A program made the position numbers and the translations under genes. 29,525 nt of DNA from an uncultured Verrucomicrobiales bacterium (lineage in GTDB: Bacteria > Verrucomicrobiota > Verrucomicrobiia > Verrucomicrobiales > DEV007): contig CALKOM010000082.1 in assembly GCA_938091905.1 (NCBI GenBank), positions 1-29,525 on the forward strand, read 5' to 3'. Of this stretch, positions 1 to 8,513 are shown piece after piece. The notes under the pieces are model-generated. The model was not told the DNA's origin and did no database searches. It saw only the letters and a list, made by a program, of their open reading frames with translations. Within the stretch, counting starts at the first letter, position 1, and every line of letters begins with the position of its first letter.

Positions 1-2
1 CA

Positions 3-139
3 ATACTAACGTAGTCGCGTTGACTGGTTGGTGGTGGTGACTTTTAGTCGCCACAGTATCGAACCCAAGCATTCCGCGGTGACTAAAAGTCCCAGCCACT
101 GGATCTCAACGAATAGAAATTTATGATGGCGCTTGGTAT
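3..139. repeat. REP/MITE-like imperfect inverted repeat
   Basis: GACTTTTAGTCGCC (39-52) pairs with GGTGACTAAAAGTC (78-91), 13/14 match. Each arm is itself a GACT-N3-AGTC mini-palindrome. Outer ends ATACTAA (3-9) and TTGGTAT (133-139) are near-complementary. Confidence 0.6.
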
Positions 140-272
140 AGTAGCTTCGGCATCTCGCGGCGTCCAAGCTCTTACGACTTCCGCTAGAGCGTGAGATCTT
201 AAATCACCGGCGGGCAAATCTTGTGCCCAAGTAGCAGCCTCGGACGGCGATTTCCGAGCCCATTGGCGAGCG

Positions 273-396
273 AACGATCACTCGTGCTTCGACCCGCCGA
301 AGCCGTTTCGGGTAGGCACTTCTACTCTTCGGGGCCTTCAAGATGATCTCGTCATCACGCAGCACTTTGCCTTGAACGCTGTGGGCTTCTGTCGCT
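273..396 (-). pseudogene. Probable IS4-family transposase fragment
   Basis: Translation QGKVLRDDEIILKAPKSRSAYPKRLRRVEARVIV resembles, from memory, the IS4-family segment preceding the 'FLTN' motif. No start and truncated on both sides. Confidence 0.5.
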
Positions 397-1486
397 GGCG
401 GATTCAAACTGCTAGCGCACAGATAGAGTCGGCAGAGGCGCGATAATGGGGTTGAGCACCGTTCAACTTCTAAACCAAACAATGCCAATCATCCATCGAC
501 ACCTCTGCCAAAGCGACCGTTCTACTATCCAAGACCTTCTCAAGCGAGGTCTCAATCAAAGCGAGATTGCAGAGGCAATCGAAGTTCACCCAAGCACGGT
601 CAGCAGGGAGCTTAGGCGTAATACAGGCCAGCGTGGATATCGCTCCAAGCAAGCTGGCCACTTGGCTACAGCGCGGAAAGTGACGCAACGCAGGAGGCGC
701 AAGATCACTGGTGATGTGGCTCAGGAAGTGGAGTCACGATTGCGCGAACTCCATAGCCCAGAACAGATCAGCGGGGCCATGGCCAAGGAAGGCCTCGTCG
801 CACAAAGCCACGAGACGATCTATCGCTACATTGTCCTGGATAAGAAGGCAGGAGGAGCCCTCTTCGCCTACTTGAGGATCAATGGAACGAGACGTTACCG
901 GCGCCGTGTGAAGGGCCCTCGGAGTAAGATCCCAGGGCGGGTGGACATCAACCAGAGACCGTTCTCGATTGAGTCCCGCCGTTACTTCGGCGACTGGGAG
1001 ATAGACCTTGTGGAAGGAAGCAAGTGAACAGGATTCATCCTGAGCATGGTCGAACGTAAGAGTCGCTACAGCATCTTCGAAAAGCTTGGGAACAAGAAGG
1101 CAGCCACCGTGTCCGATGCCATGATAAGACGACTTTGGCCGTTCAAGACTCGCTCATTGACCTACGATAACGGCCTTGAGTTTGCAGGGCATCTTGAAGT
1201 GGGCAGAGAACTGGGAGCGAAGGGCTATTTCTGTGCGCCCTATCACTCATGGGAGAAAGGGCTTGTAGAGAATCACAACGGTCTCTTGCGTCAATACTAT
1301 CCAAAGGGAAGCAGCTTCGAAACGATCAACGAAAGATCAATAGCCCAAGTCGAAGAGCAGATTAACGACCGGCCTCGCAAACTCCTTGAATACGCTTCTC
1401 CAATGGACTATCTCAACAGACTAACTGCGGCGTAATCCTATCATCGCGTCAATGTCGAACTTGTGCGTTAGCAAGTTGAATCCGCC
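397..1486 (+). mobile_element. IS30-family insertion sequence, 1090 bp
   Basis: 25-bp terminal inverted repeats GGCGGATTCAAACTGCTAGCGCACA (397-421) and TGTGCGTTAGCAAGTTGAATCCGCC (1462-1486), 22/25 match, enclose an IS30-type transposase. Confidence 0.93.
482..1435 (+). pseudogene. IS30-family transposase with in-frame TGA at 1025-1027
   Basis: HTH (HPSTVSRELRRN), SPEQI, SHETIY, GDWEID, TYDNGLEF, SWEKGLVENHNGLLRQYYPKG and NDRPRK motifs. ORFs 446..1027 and 1046..1435 are in the same frame: EGSK*TGFILSMVERKSR. Confidence 0.92.
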
Positions 1487-1724
1487 AATCACAGAAAGAG
1501 CATGTGCAGGAAAAATTAGTGAGCGGGAATTGCTCAACTTCAGCAAAGATAGTCGGGATCGCTCTGCCTTGGAATTACTTGACTGCAACCTTCTAGATCT
1601 CATTCCAGTTGATCTGCTTGCCAATTGCGAACTTCCCAAGGTCACGCACTTTGCTTCCACTCAGTTACAGCGTTAGGTCACGGCTCCGCGCGGATACCCA
1701 TTCCTAAATTTCGTTTTAAAGGGT

Positions 1725-2436
1725 GTGGCTACCCTTGTCGTGAGGAAACATGAGTATGCGACCTCCACGGATCGCGTGAGAGACTTGCGCCGCCGGAAGG
1801 ACGAACTCTATCAGCGGTAGATGCCGAAGCCTCAAGTACATGACCTTGTTGATCACTACTTCCGCCGTCCGGCCTACGCCCATCTAGCAGGAAAGAACCC
1901 AGTGTTCATGGTGGCGCCATCAACAACAGGTGCTAACAGACTCCCATACTACTTCGCACAACGGTTGCAGTCAGAGTTCGGTGGCCAAGTGATCCCAGGT
2001 TGGGCCACACCATTGGTTCGCGAGAAAGCCTCACTCAAAGGCGGACTCGGTAAGATGCGCAATCCCGCGCGATTTGCTGCCATTGATGATCGGCTGGCGA
2101 AGATTCCCAACGGCTCCACCAGTTGTACTGGTCGATGATGTTGTCACCACCGGCGAAACCGCCGATGCGCTTCGCGAGCTGCTAGAGCAACGAGGATTGA
2201 AAGCAACTACTGTCGCATCATTAGGACAATCGGAGATGCGCAAAGTATCTCCCCGTGATATCAACCGAATCACCAGTAAGTTAGGCAAACCTGACATGGG
2301 AAGCGAGATCGAAGCCGTACTTGCAGGCCGCTTGAAACACAAGGCTAACTACATAGAAAGAGCGATCCATGAAGACACTCGAACAGAAATACGCGACTAT
2401 TTCAGAAATGAACATCGACGTCTCCAAGGGCTTTGA
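1725..2436 (+). pseudogene. Type I phosphoribosyltransferase-fold protein, disrupted
   Basis: PRPP-binding motif VVLVDDVVTTGET. Removing one base near 2118 joins KIPNGS to PVVLVDD. An in-frame GTG at 1725 is separated from ATG 1821 by TAG at 1818-1820, so the true start is uncertain. Confidence 0.75.
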
Positions 2437-2916
2437 GCAGTTCACCTGGGAGCAGATCGAAGCCTGCGACACTGTCACTCAGGCGATTCTGGACTTCAAC
2501 TTGAAGGGAGCGCCGAAACCGGAGATTCCGGAGACAGCGAACATCAAGCTAGCACAAGTGCAGGACATGCAGCTAGCGAGCGAGATTCTCTAGGCCGGGC
2601 CAAGTCGTCCGAAGCCTCTGAATCAGTCGAGTCAGATTTGGTCCGGCACCTAGAGGAACTCCAAGAAATGGTCCGTCGCGAGATGGATCCTCAGAAGGCC
2701 CGAGAACATGGGCTCGACTTGCTGGAGGCAAACAAGATCCAACCGGCACCAAGGATGTTGCTCAACTTCGAACTCTCACAAGCACTCAAGAACGAACCAG
2801 GAGCCAAGCCGCTGGGCGAGATCGCACAGTTCGCTCGGGAGATGAACCGCTCTGCAAGTAGGCAGGCTCCGAGACTCCAGGCGACGAATCAACTCGCACA
2901 GAAAGTGGCTCTATGA
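2408..2916 (+). pseudogene. Hypothetical protein split by a 1-nt frameshift
   Basis: MNIDVSKG...LASEIL continues as LGRAKSSEASESVESDLVRHLEE...KVAL if one base is added near 2588-2590. It overlaps the PRTase end and the next start. Confidence 0.6.
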
Positions 2917-3119
2917 AATGTCCTGAATGTGGTTGTCGGTCTATGGTCACTGACCCAAGTTCACGAGAAGGCGTCGTCGAAAGAAGGCGGATCTGCTCAA
3001 GCCGCGAATGCGGCTACATCTTCAGGACCGTGGAGTTCATTGTCGGCGATGCCGCTCGCAAGGCGAAGAACCGGATGAAGCTAGCCAACTTGTGTTCAGC
3101 TATTTGCGAGACTTATTGA
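2913..3119 (+). CDS. Small C4 zinc-ribbon protein (Ogr/Delta- or NrdR-N-like)
   Basis: MKCPECG...ERRRICSSRECGYIFRTVE. ATGA overlap with the upstream stop. No ATP-cone, so not NrdR itself. Confidence 0.75.
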   Translation: MKCPECGCRSMVTDPSSREGVVERRRICSSRECGYIFRTVEFIVGDAARKAKNRMKLANLCSAICETY

Positions 3120-4366
3120 CTCTTCAGACCGATTCGGACGGTGATGATGGCTCGATTCTCGACATACGTGGACGAGGTGATTCCTATGTTAGAATGCCCT
3201 AATGCAGCCCTTGCCGCTTCGATGCCACCCTGCTGATTGATCAGGCTTCCAAATTCTTTCCTCAGCATGTGGATGGGATGGTGATCATCTATTCCTTTCG
3301 ATCGAAGCCAGGCAACCAGCACTTTCTCCGCTTTGGAGCAACGGTCGTGGTGGTAACGAACGTCGATTTTCGGCTCCACCCCGTTCACGACAAAACGCGA
3401 GTCAGACAAAGTCTTCCATTCCTCAATGATCTGACTAACTGCCGGATCAAGATGGACTTTTCGAATGCTACTGAGAGTCTTGGGGAAGAAGCAGTCCGTC
3501 GGCTCAACGCTAATGAGTGGCTCATCAGGCAGAAATTGTTTCCACTGCAACTTGTCGATCTCGTCTCTGCGCACGCCAGCACAAACGCTAAGAAGGAGGA
3601 TCTTGAAGGGCTCTGGCAATAGCTCCTCCCTTCCAGCTTCAATAATCGCATTCACATCGATCTATCCTTGATATCGAGTGGGCCGGTGGGGAGCGATTTC
3701 TAATCCCTCAAACGGCAAGGGATCAGGAAGCACCAGATCGATGAGCTTTATATTCGGCGGAAGAAACAGATTCCGCGCATTCCGCATGTAGTTGTTCACC
3801 GTTCGCAGAGCTTTCTCATACGATGGGCGTGGGACTGACTTCAATCTCATCACTTTCCACTGGTTCACCCATTTGGGAGTGATCTTGGATAGAGAGACGC
3901 CATCTACCTTCTTCCGCCACATGAGTCGGCCTTCCGTGCCATGCTTATCGGCTCCGCCCTCTATGTTCATACTCTCCGAAACGATCGTCCTGAATTTGCT
4001 CAGGTAGATCTCGAAGGTTCTGGGATTGATCATCACCGAGTCACGGAACGCGGCAATGTAATCACCAACGGTCACGTCAGATTGACGATTAGGCTCCTGT
4101 GAGGACGATAATTCTTCGTCACTCACGGCAGTCATCCCCCACCCGTTGCTACGAAGTTCCTGCCAGAACTGGCTGGCGCGACGGGCCGCCTCGCTCTTAT
4201 GGACGCTACCAAGATTAACCCAACGCCTCTCGCCTCGGAACTGCGGCTTGAACCAATAATCACCAGACCGTTTCGTCAGCCGTAAGATCCAATATCTCGA
4301 ATCTTCTTTAGAATACATGCTAGTCGAATTCTGGCCCATTTCTGGCCCACTTTTCTTTTCCAGCAT
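3113..4366 (-). pseudogene. Tyrosine recombinase/integrase with in-frame TAG at 3662-3664
   Basis: Catalytic pattern GVRRDE, KT, HMLRKEF, LGH, STY in the C-terminal part. The N-terminal part is in the same frame (RYQG*IDVNAII). Adjacent to a tRNA-derived att site. Start at ATG 4366 or 4318. Confidence 0.9.
4329..4350. repeat. Tandem 11-bp repeat, putative integrase arm-type sites
   Basis: TTCTGGCCCAT (4329-4339) and TTCTGGCCCAC (4340-4350), about 115 bp from the att core. Confidence 0.55.
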
Positions 4367-4465
4367 ATGATAAGCTCGCCCCAGTGATTTCTCAAACCCC
4401 TTAAAATATAGCCTAAAACAAGGCATATGTGGGAAATCCGTCCCGAAGAATTTCCTATTGCCCAT

Positions 4466-4512
4466 GACTCATAAGCCTTTGGTCGGGAGTTCAAATCTCC
4501 CCTCTGGCACCA
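4466..4512 (+). mobile_element. attR-like duplicate of the 3' half of a tRNA(CAT) (Met/Ile2)
   Basis: GA-CTCATAA-GCCTT-TGGTC-GGGAG-TTCAAAT-CTCCC-CTCTGGC-A-CCA gives anticodon loop, T arm, acceptor 3' strand and CCA. No D arm or 5' acceptor strand upstream. Confidence 0.88.
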
Positions 4513-4526
4513 CCGCAAGATTACGA

Positions 4527-5360
4527 TTACGGCTTTGCAACGCTGCTCATAGAAAGGTCTGCGTAGGCTTTGGACTGTTCATACTTCGAAGCACTGGGAT
4601 CGATCGAGTAGTTCTGATACATGACAAAGCTATCGATGATCAAGCCTGGATGACTTGCAGATATCTGCCAAACAACGTCGACGTAGCCTTCCACACTCAA
4701 GTCTTCTGGTCTCACTTCTAACGCAGGCCCAAAGTCAACCACGGTCCAGGCGTCCTCTTTCAAATTCCAAGCCGAGTTGTTGTGGCGACGCCACCAATCC
4801 GAATTCAATAAACGACCGCTAGCATAATCCTTCACATGGATGGCTCCAATACCGTTAGCGTTGCTATGAGCGGCCCAATGGAGTCCAAGATCCGGCTTCG
4901 TTTCAGATTCCGACCAGTAGGCGAGGCGAAGGAATAGCTCGTAAACGCCTGCCTGACGAAAGCGTACACGATACTCTGCAATGGTCCCCAGCGGCGGTGC
5001 CTCATGAGGCTTGTAAACACTGTTCCTTTGCCCCTCAACTTCTGTCTGTTCGCCAGTACCAACATTAAACAACGCCTTGTCCCCAGATGCTCTAGCAGGC
5101 ATCTTTCTAGGTGCCGCCACTTTGGGGCCAAGGACTTCATAGTGAAGGCCCGGCCCTTCGGTATTGCCCGCGTCAAAAGCCGGGTGGGCTTTGTTCGAAC
5201 GGTCGATGACGCGAGCAGACTCAGCTTCGACTTTCACATACGCACGATCCCGCCGGGTATCTATGCCAGCCTCAACGAGTGTCTGCGAATATACCGTCTC
5301 AGTATTTACTAACAGACTGGCTGCGAAACAGCACAAGGCTGAGTTTTGCCAAGTGGTCAC
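4527..5360 (-). CDS. Secreted hypothetical protein, possibly carbohydrate-binding beta-sandwich
   Basis: Long ORF downstream of ndk. GTG 5360 avoids overlap with ndk and gives a signal-peptide-like N-terminus. VKVEAES and YRVRFRQAGVYELFLR recall CBM6/35-like strands. Confidence 0.65.
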   Translation of the reverse strand: MTTWQNSALCCFAASLLVNTETVYSQTLVEAGIDTRRDRAYVKVEAESARVIDRSNKAHPAFDAGNTEGPGLHYEVLGPKVAAPRKMPARASGDKALFNVGTGEQTEVEGQRNSVYKPHEAPPLGTIAEYRVRFRQAGVYELFLRLAYWSESETKPDLGLHWAAHSNANGIGAIHVKDYASGRLLNSDWWRRHNNSAWNLKEDAWTVVDFGPALEVRPEDLSVEGYVDVVWQISASHPGLIIDSFVMYQNYSIDPSASKYEQSKAYADLSMSSVAKP

Positions 5361-5371
5361 GGCGAAGGGCG

Positions 5372-5800
5372 TTAATAATCGAGAACTTCGCCCTCGGCAA
5401 AGAAGCGCTTTAGCTCTGCCGCAGCACTTTCGGGAGAATCCGAAGCATGCGCGCAATTCACCATCATGTCTTCGCCTAGATCGCCTCGGATCGTGCCCTT
5501 GTCCGCTTTTGTCGAGTCCGTAGGCCCGAGCAGATCCCGGACGCGACTGATTGCGTTCTCGCCACTCAACGCAACTGCGACCACAGGCGCTGACTGCATG
5601 AACTCGACAATCGTAGGAAAGAATGGCTTGTCGGCAAGATGCGAGTAGTGTTCCGCAAGGATCTCGCTGGAAAGAAGCATCATCTTCATTCCCCGCACCT
5701 TGAAACCCTGAGCTTCAAAACGTTTAAGGATTTCACCACAGCGTCCCTTGGAAACGGTGTCTGGTTTTAGAAGGATGAGCGAGATTTCTGTGCTTGGCAT
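5372..5800 (-). CDS. ndk: Nucleoside diphosphate kinase
   Basis: LLKPD, HYSHLADKPFF, GTIRGD and NCAHASDS with the catalytic His; 142 aa. Confidence 0.98.
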   Translation of the reverse strand: MPSTEISLILLKPDTVSKGRCGEILKRFEAQGFKVRGMKMMLLSSEILAEHYSHLADKPFFPTIVEFMQSAPVVAVALSGENAISRVRDLLGPTDSTKADKGTIRGDLGEDMMVNCAHASDSPESAAAELKRFFAEGEVLDY

Positions 5801-5859
5801 GATGCTGGGAAGAAAGCGGGTGGATCCGAAATGCCAAGCGGAAATGTGTCGCTTACTAG

Positions 5860-8220
5860 TCAGTCGATAAGAGCTGGACTCGAGATCGGAGACACGAGAG
5901 TCCAGACCGGTCGGGTAATCATCTTCCAGAAGAAATCCAGCTCTCCTGAAACTTGGGCGAATACCGCTTCACGTTCTTCTTTACCGACCTCTTCACAAAT
6001 TAACTCATCCACAGCGTAGATCGCCATCAGTTGGTGATCCGTCAGTAAGATAACGTCACAGTACTGAAGATTACTGCTAGCCTGCTCATCCAAATCCCAT
6101 GACGGGAAGCTACTTTCCTCACGCGTCCGGCCAAAGACAGCCAACTTCCCGCGGGTCATGTCCTTCTCTCGCAAGACACGCACCCTGTCAGCAACGGACT
6201 GAACCAAATCTTTCCAGTAAACGGCTTCCTCAAAGGGCTCAAATCCAAAGCTGACTTCACTCTGCTGGAAAGACCAACGAATCTCTCCAACAATCTCCGT
6301 TGAGCCACCCGCCACTTCTTGAGTGATCGCTGGAAAGAGGTTTCCGGCTTGCTTGATGAGGCGTCGCAAACGCGGCAATTGAATGGCAAACTGTCCCCCA
6401 GCTTCAGCGAAGTGCAGTTTGAGTTCGCGCAAGCGTACCTTAAGGCTCGTCGCTCCAGCCGAACCATTGGCCATCACGCTTACTTTCTGAGTGTCATCAT
6501 CAATTGGCCTAGGCTCCTCAGCCTTGTCAGTTACGGTCGAATCACTTTCCCGTCCGCGGAGGATAAGTTGACTTCGTTCACGAGCACACTTTTCAGCAGT
6601 CGCAGGTTGGTCCTGAGGCAGATATCCTTCTTTGTCTTCTGCTCGGGCACGGAGGCTTGATAAAAATGAGCAAAACTCTGGCGTAAGCTCCGGCTTCTCG
6701 ACAGGCTCCAGATTTCTAGATTCACTGGCTGACACATCAATAAATGGCGTGATCGGGCGACCTTTCGTGTTCGGCGATGAAGGCGTGTTCTCTCGGGCTT
6801 GGATGAATGTTCGGAGATCACCAATGGCATGAGACCAAGGCTGCTTCTTGGTTGACGTAGATTCCCCGTTTGGAGACGGCTCCTCGTTTGGTGACAGCTC
6901 CTCGTTTGGTGAAGGTTCCAATTGAGAAGACTCGTCCACTTTGGGTTTGGCAAAGATTCTGGCAGGAGCTATTTCAGTAACAGTGTCCTCAGTCTCGTCC
7001 CAAAGCGTCGCAGCATTGCGAAGCAATCTTCGAGGCATCACCGCTTGATCTTCTGAAAACTCCTCTTCCAGAAGCTCGTGAACGCGCTTTAGCCGTTCGG
7101 CCTCTCCGCTATCATTGACCCGAACCGAAATAAAATCTGCCCATAAAACGCGGGGAACACCTTTCAAATAGAAAGTGGACGTGGTTAGACGATCGACCAC
7201 TGCTTCAGGCAGGCCTTTCTCGAAAGTTTCCCTCCAGGTATCTTCATTCACGCTCAGCAAGGCCAAACTGTTTGGCACCATGCGACTATACTCTGCGAGC
7301 ATTCTAGCTAATCGTAGCGCTGTCGCTTCGTCGCGATAGGCCCAATCCAGATCATCAATCACGAGCGCAAGGGGGCGCTGCTGACTAATCGCTCGTCCCA
7401 GCCACCGCCATTCACGCCGAGCAGCACCCTCGCCTTGAATATCTAACATTGCAGCATCGTGGAGCAGTTCACGCTGCTCGTCACGCCGTTCCGAGAACGA
7501 CCGCTCTGTAGCTGAGAGCATGGCATAATCAAAGAGCCACTCAAGGCGCGCCGCCAAGAGGCCACGGTCCAAATCCAGTTCACGCGCATACCTGTCTGCA
7601 ATTTCAGGAAGCAGCCGAGGAAATTCATTTTGGAACCAGGAAACACTATCATTATCACTCTCATTGTAATCAAAGAGTTTCACACTGTTCTCTAGAAGCC
7701 ACTGCGATGCCGTCGCCGGCGAATCGCACGGGATGTGTCCTTCAGAAACAAGCGCCCCAGTCGCACTAGCCAAGAGATAAGCCGCCGCCCCTGTGAGAGC
7801 GGTGTGGTCACCATGAGAATCTTTCGTGGAGTGTAAACGTTCCACCAACTGGCGAAACCACCCCTCCCAGCAGATCTCTTCGGGATCATACATGGCAAGA
7901 GGGCAGAAATGAGCTACCTCGTTCCGCTCGGACACTAATCTAGCCAAGAGGTGCGTCTTGCCGGCACCGGCCTTTTTTGAAATGAGCAGTGCTGCCGATC
8001 CCACTTGTGGCCCCAGATGCCCAACACGGGGCCGAAGATCCTCTATCAGGCGCGAGAGAAGATTCATCTCTCGCTCATAAAGCGCGGGGAGCGTTTGCTC
8101 AGTTCTCAGACTTCCAGAGAAGACATCATCGACAAAGGGATTCACTAGCGGGATATGGGATAAAGGAGAACCAACACTGGAGGGGCAGTGTTGGAACGTC
8201 TCTTGCGAGTGAGAGGACAT
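5860..8220 (-). CDS. Large AAA+/P-loop ATPase-domain protein of unknown function
   Basis: Walker A-like KKAGAGKT, Walker B LVIDD, VVDRL (Arg-finger-like), PRRLL (sensor II-like), an acidic/Pro linker and a C-terminal globular region. Start taken as ATG 8220. Confidence 0.8.
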   Translation of the reverse strand: MSSHSQETFQHCPSSVGSPLSHIPLVNPFVDDVFSGSLRTEQTLPALYEREMNLLSRLIEDLRPRVGHLGPQVGSAALLISKKAGAGKTHLLARLVSERNEVAHFCPLAMYDPEEICWEGWFRQLVERLHSTKDSHGDHTALTGAAAYLLASATGALVSEGHIPCDSPATASQWLLENSVKLFDYNESDNDSVSWFQNEFPRLLPEIADRYARELDLDRGLLAARLEWLFDYAMLSATERSFSERRDEQRELLHDAAMLDIQGEGAARREWRWLGRAISQQRPLALVIDDLDWAYRDEATALRLARMLAEYSRMVPNSLALLSVNEDTWRETFEKGLPEAVVDRLTTSTFYLKGVPRVLWADFISVRVNDSGEAERLKRVHELLEEEFSEDQAVMPRRLLRNAATLWDETEDTVTEIAPARIFAKPKVDESSQLEPSPNEELSPNEEPSPNGESTSTKKQPWSHAIGDLRTFIQARENTPSSPNTKGRPITPFIDVSASESRNLEPVEKPELTPEFCSFLSSLRARAEDKEGYLPQDQPATAEKCARERSQLILRGRESDSTVTDKAEEPRPIDDDTQKVSVMANGSAGATSLKVRLRELKLHFAEAGGQFAIQLPRLRRLIKQAGNLFPAITQEVAGGSTEIVGEIRWSFQQSEVSFGFEPFEEAVYWKDLVQSVADRVRVLREKDMTRGKLAVFGRTREESSFPSWDLDEQASSNLQYCDVILLTDHQLMAIYAVDELICEEVGKEEREAVFAQVSGELDFFWKMITRPVWTLVSPISSPALID
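6867..6920. repeat. 3 x 18-bp imperfect coding tandem repeat
   Basis: CGTTTGGAGACGGCTCCT / CGTTTGGTGACAGCTCCT / CGTTTGGTGAAGGTTCCA, encoding LEPSPN-EELSPN-EEPSPN on the minus strand. Confidence 0.85.
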
Positions 8221-8267
8221 CGCATGTTTGACTACAAAAAACAAGAAGTAAGTGAGATTTGAAGAGA

Positions 8268-8276
8268 TTATCCACA
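8268..8276 (+). promoter_or_regulatory. Perfect DnaA-box match next to an AT-rich tract
   Basis: TTATCCACA followed directly by TTATTTATAATATTTA in a divergent intergenic region. Single copy. Confidence 0.35.
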
Positions 8277-8513
8277 TTATTTATAATATTTAGGAATTTG
8301 AGCATGGCGCTTCTTTCACCGTATTTCTCGCCACTCAACACCAGTGAGATCACGGTCTCTGCGCGATCTCGCTTGCAGATCCAAGGACTCATGAAATGAT
8401 GCTTCCTCGCCTTGAAGATCTCCCTGATCGGAGGGTCCTCGCTTGATTTCAACGGATCCCTGCTACACCCGGATTTTGTAAACACCATAATGCCCAATAT
8501 TAGATAGCCTCCC

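Larger units (their letters stand above)
1..4512. mobile_element. Right part of a degenerate tRNA-integrated genomic island
   Basis: Integrase plus att duplicate plus ISs and several pseudogenes. Genes right of 4512 are intact. The left boundary lies outside the window. Confidence 0.8.

Noticed and set aside
1452..1676. Short ORFs on both strands right of the IS30
   Set aside because: They overlap the IS end and have no recognisable motif; at most a degraded remnant.
1530..1680. Integron attC (GTTAGGT at about 1672-1678 fits GTTRRRY)
   Set aside because: No complementary ACCTAAC or convincing L boxes upstream, and the integrase is tRNA-att associated with no evident IntI features.
2913..3119. 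nrdR
   Set aside because: Only the zinc ribbon is present; there is no ATP-cone domain.
1025..3664. Stop-codon reassignment (TGA=Gly or TAG readthrough) explaining the in-frame stops
   Set aside because: Backbone genes end normally at TAG and TGA, and the same island genes also carry frameshifts, so decay is the simpler explanation.
4441..4512. Functional tRNA-Met/Ile
   Set aside because: The 5' half is missing and the anticodon stem cannot pair.
8221..8513. oriC or dif site
   Set aside because: Only one DnaA box, no dnaA/dnaN context, no visible skew switch and no XerD-arm match.
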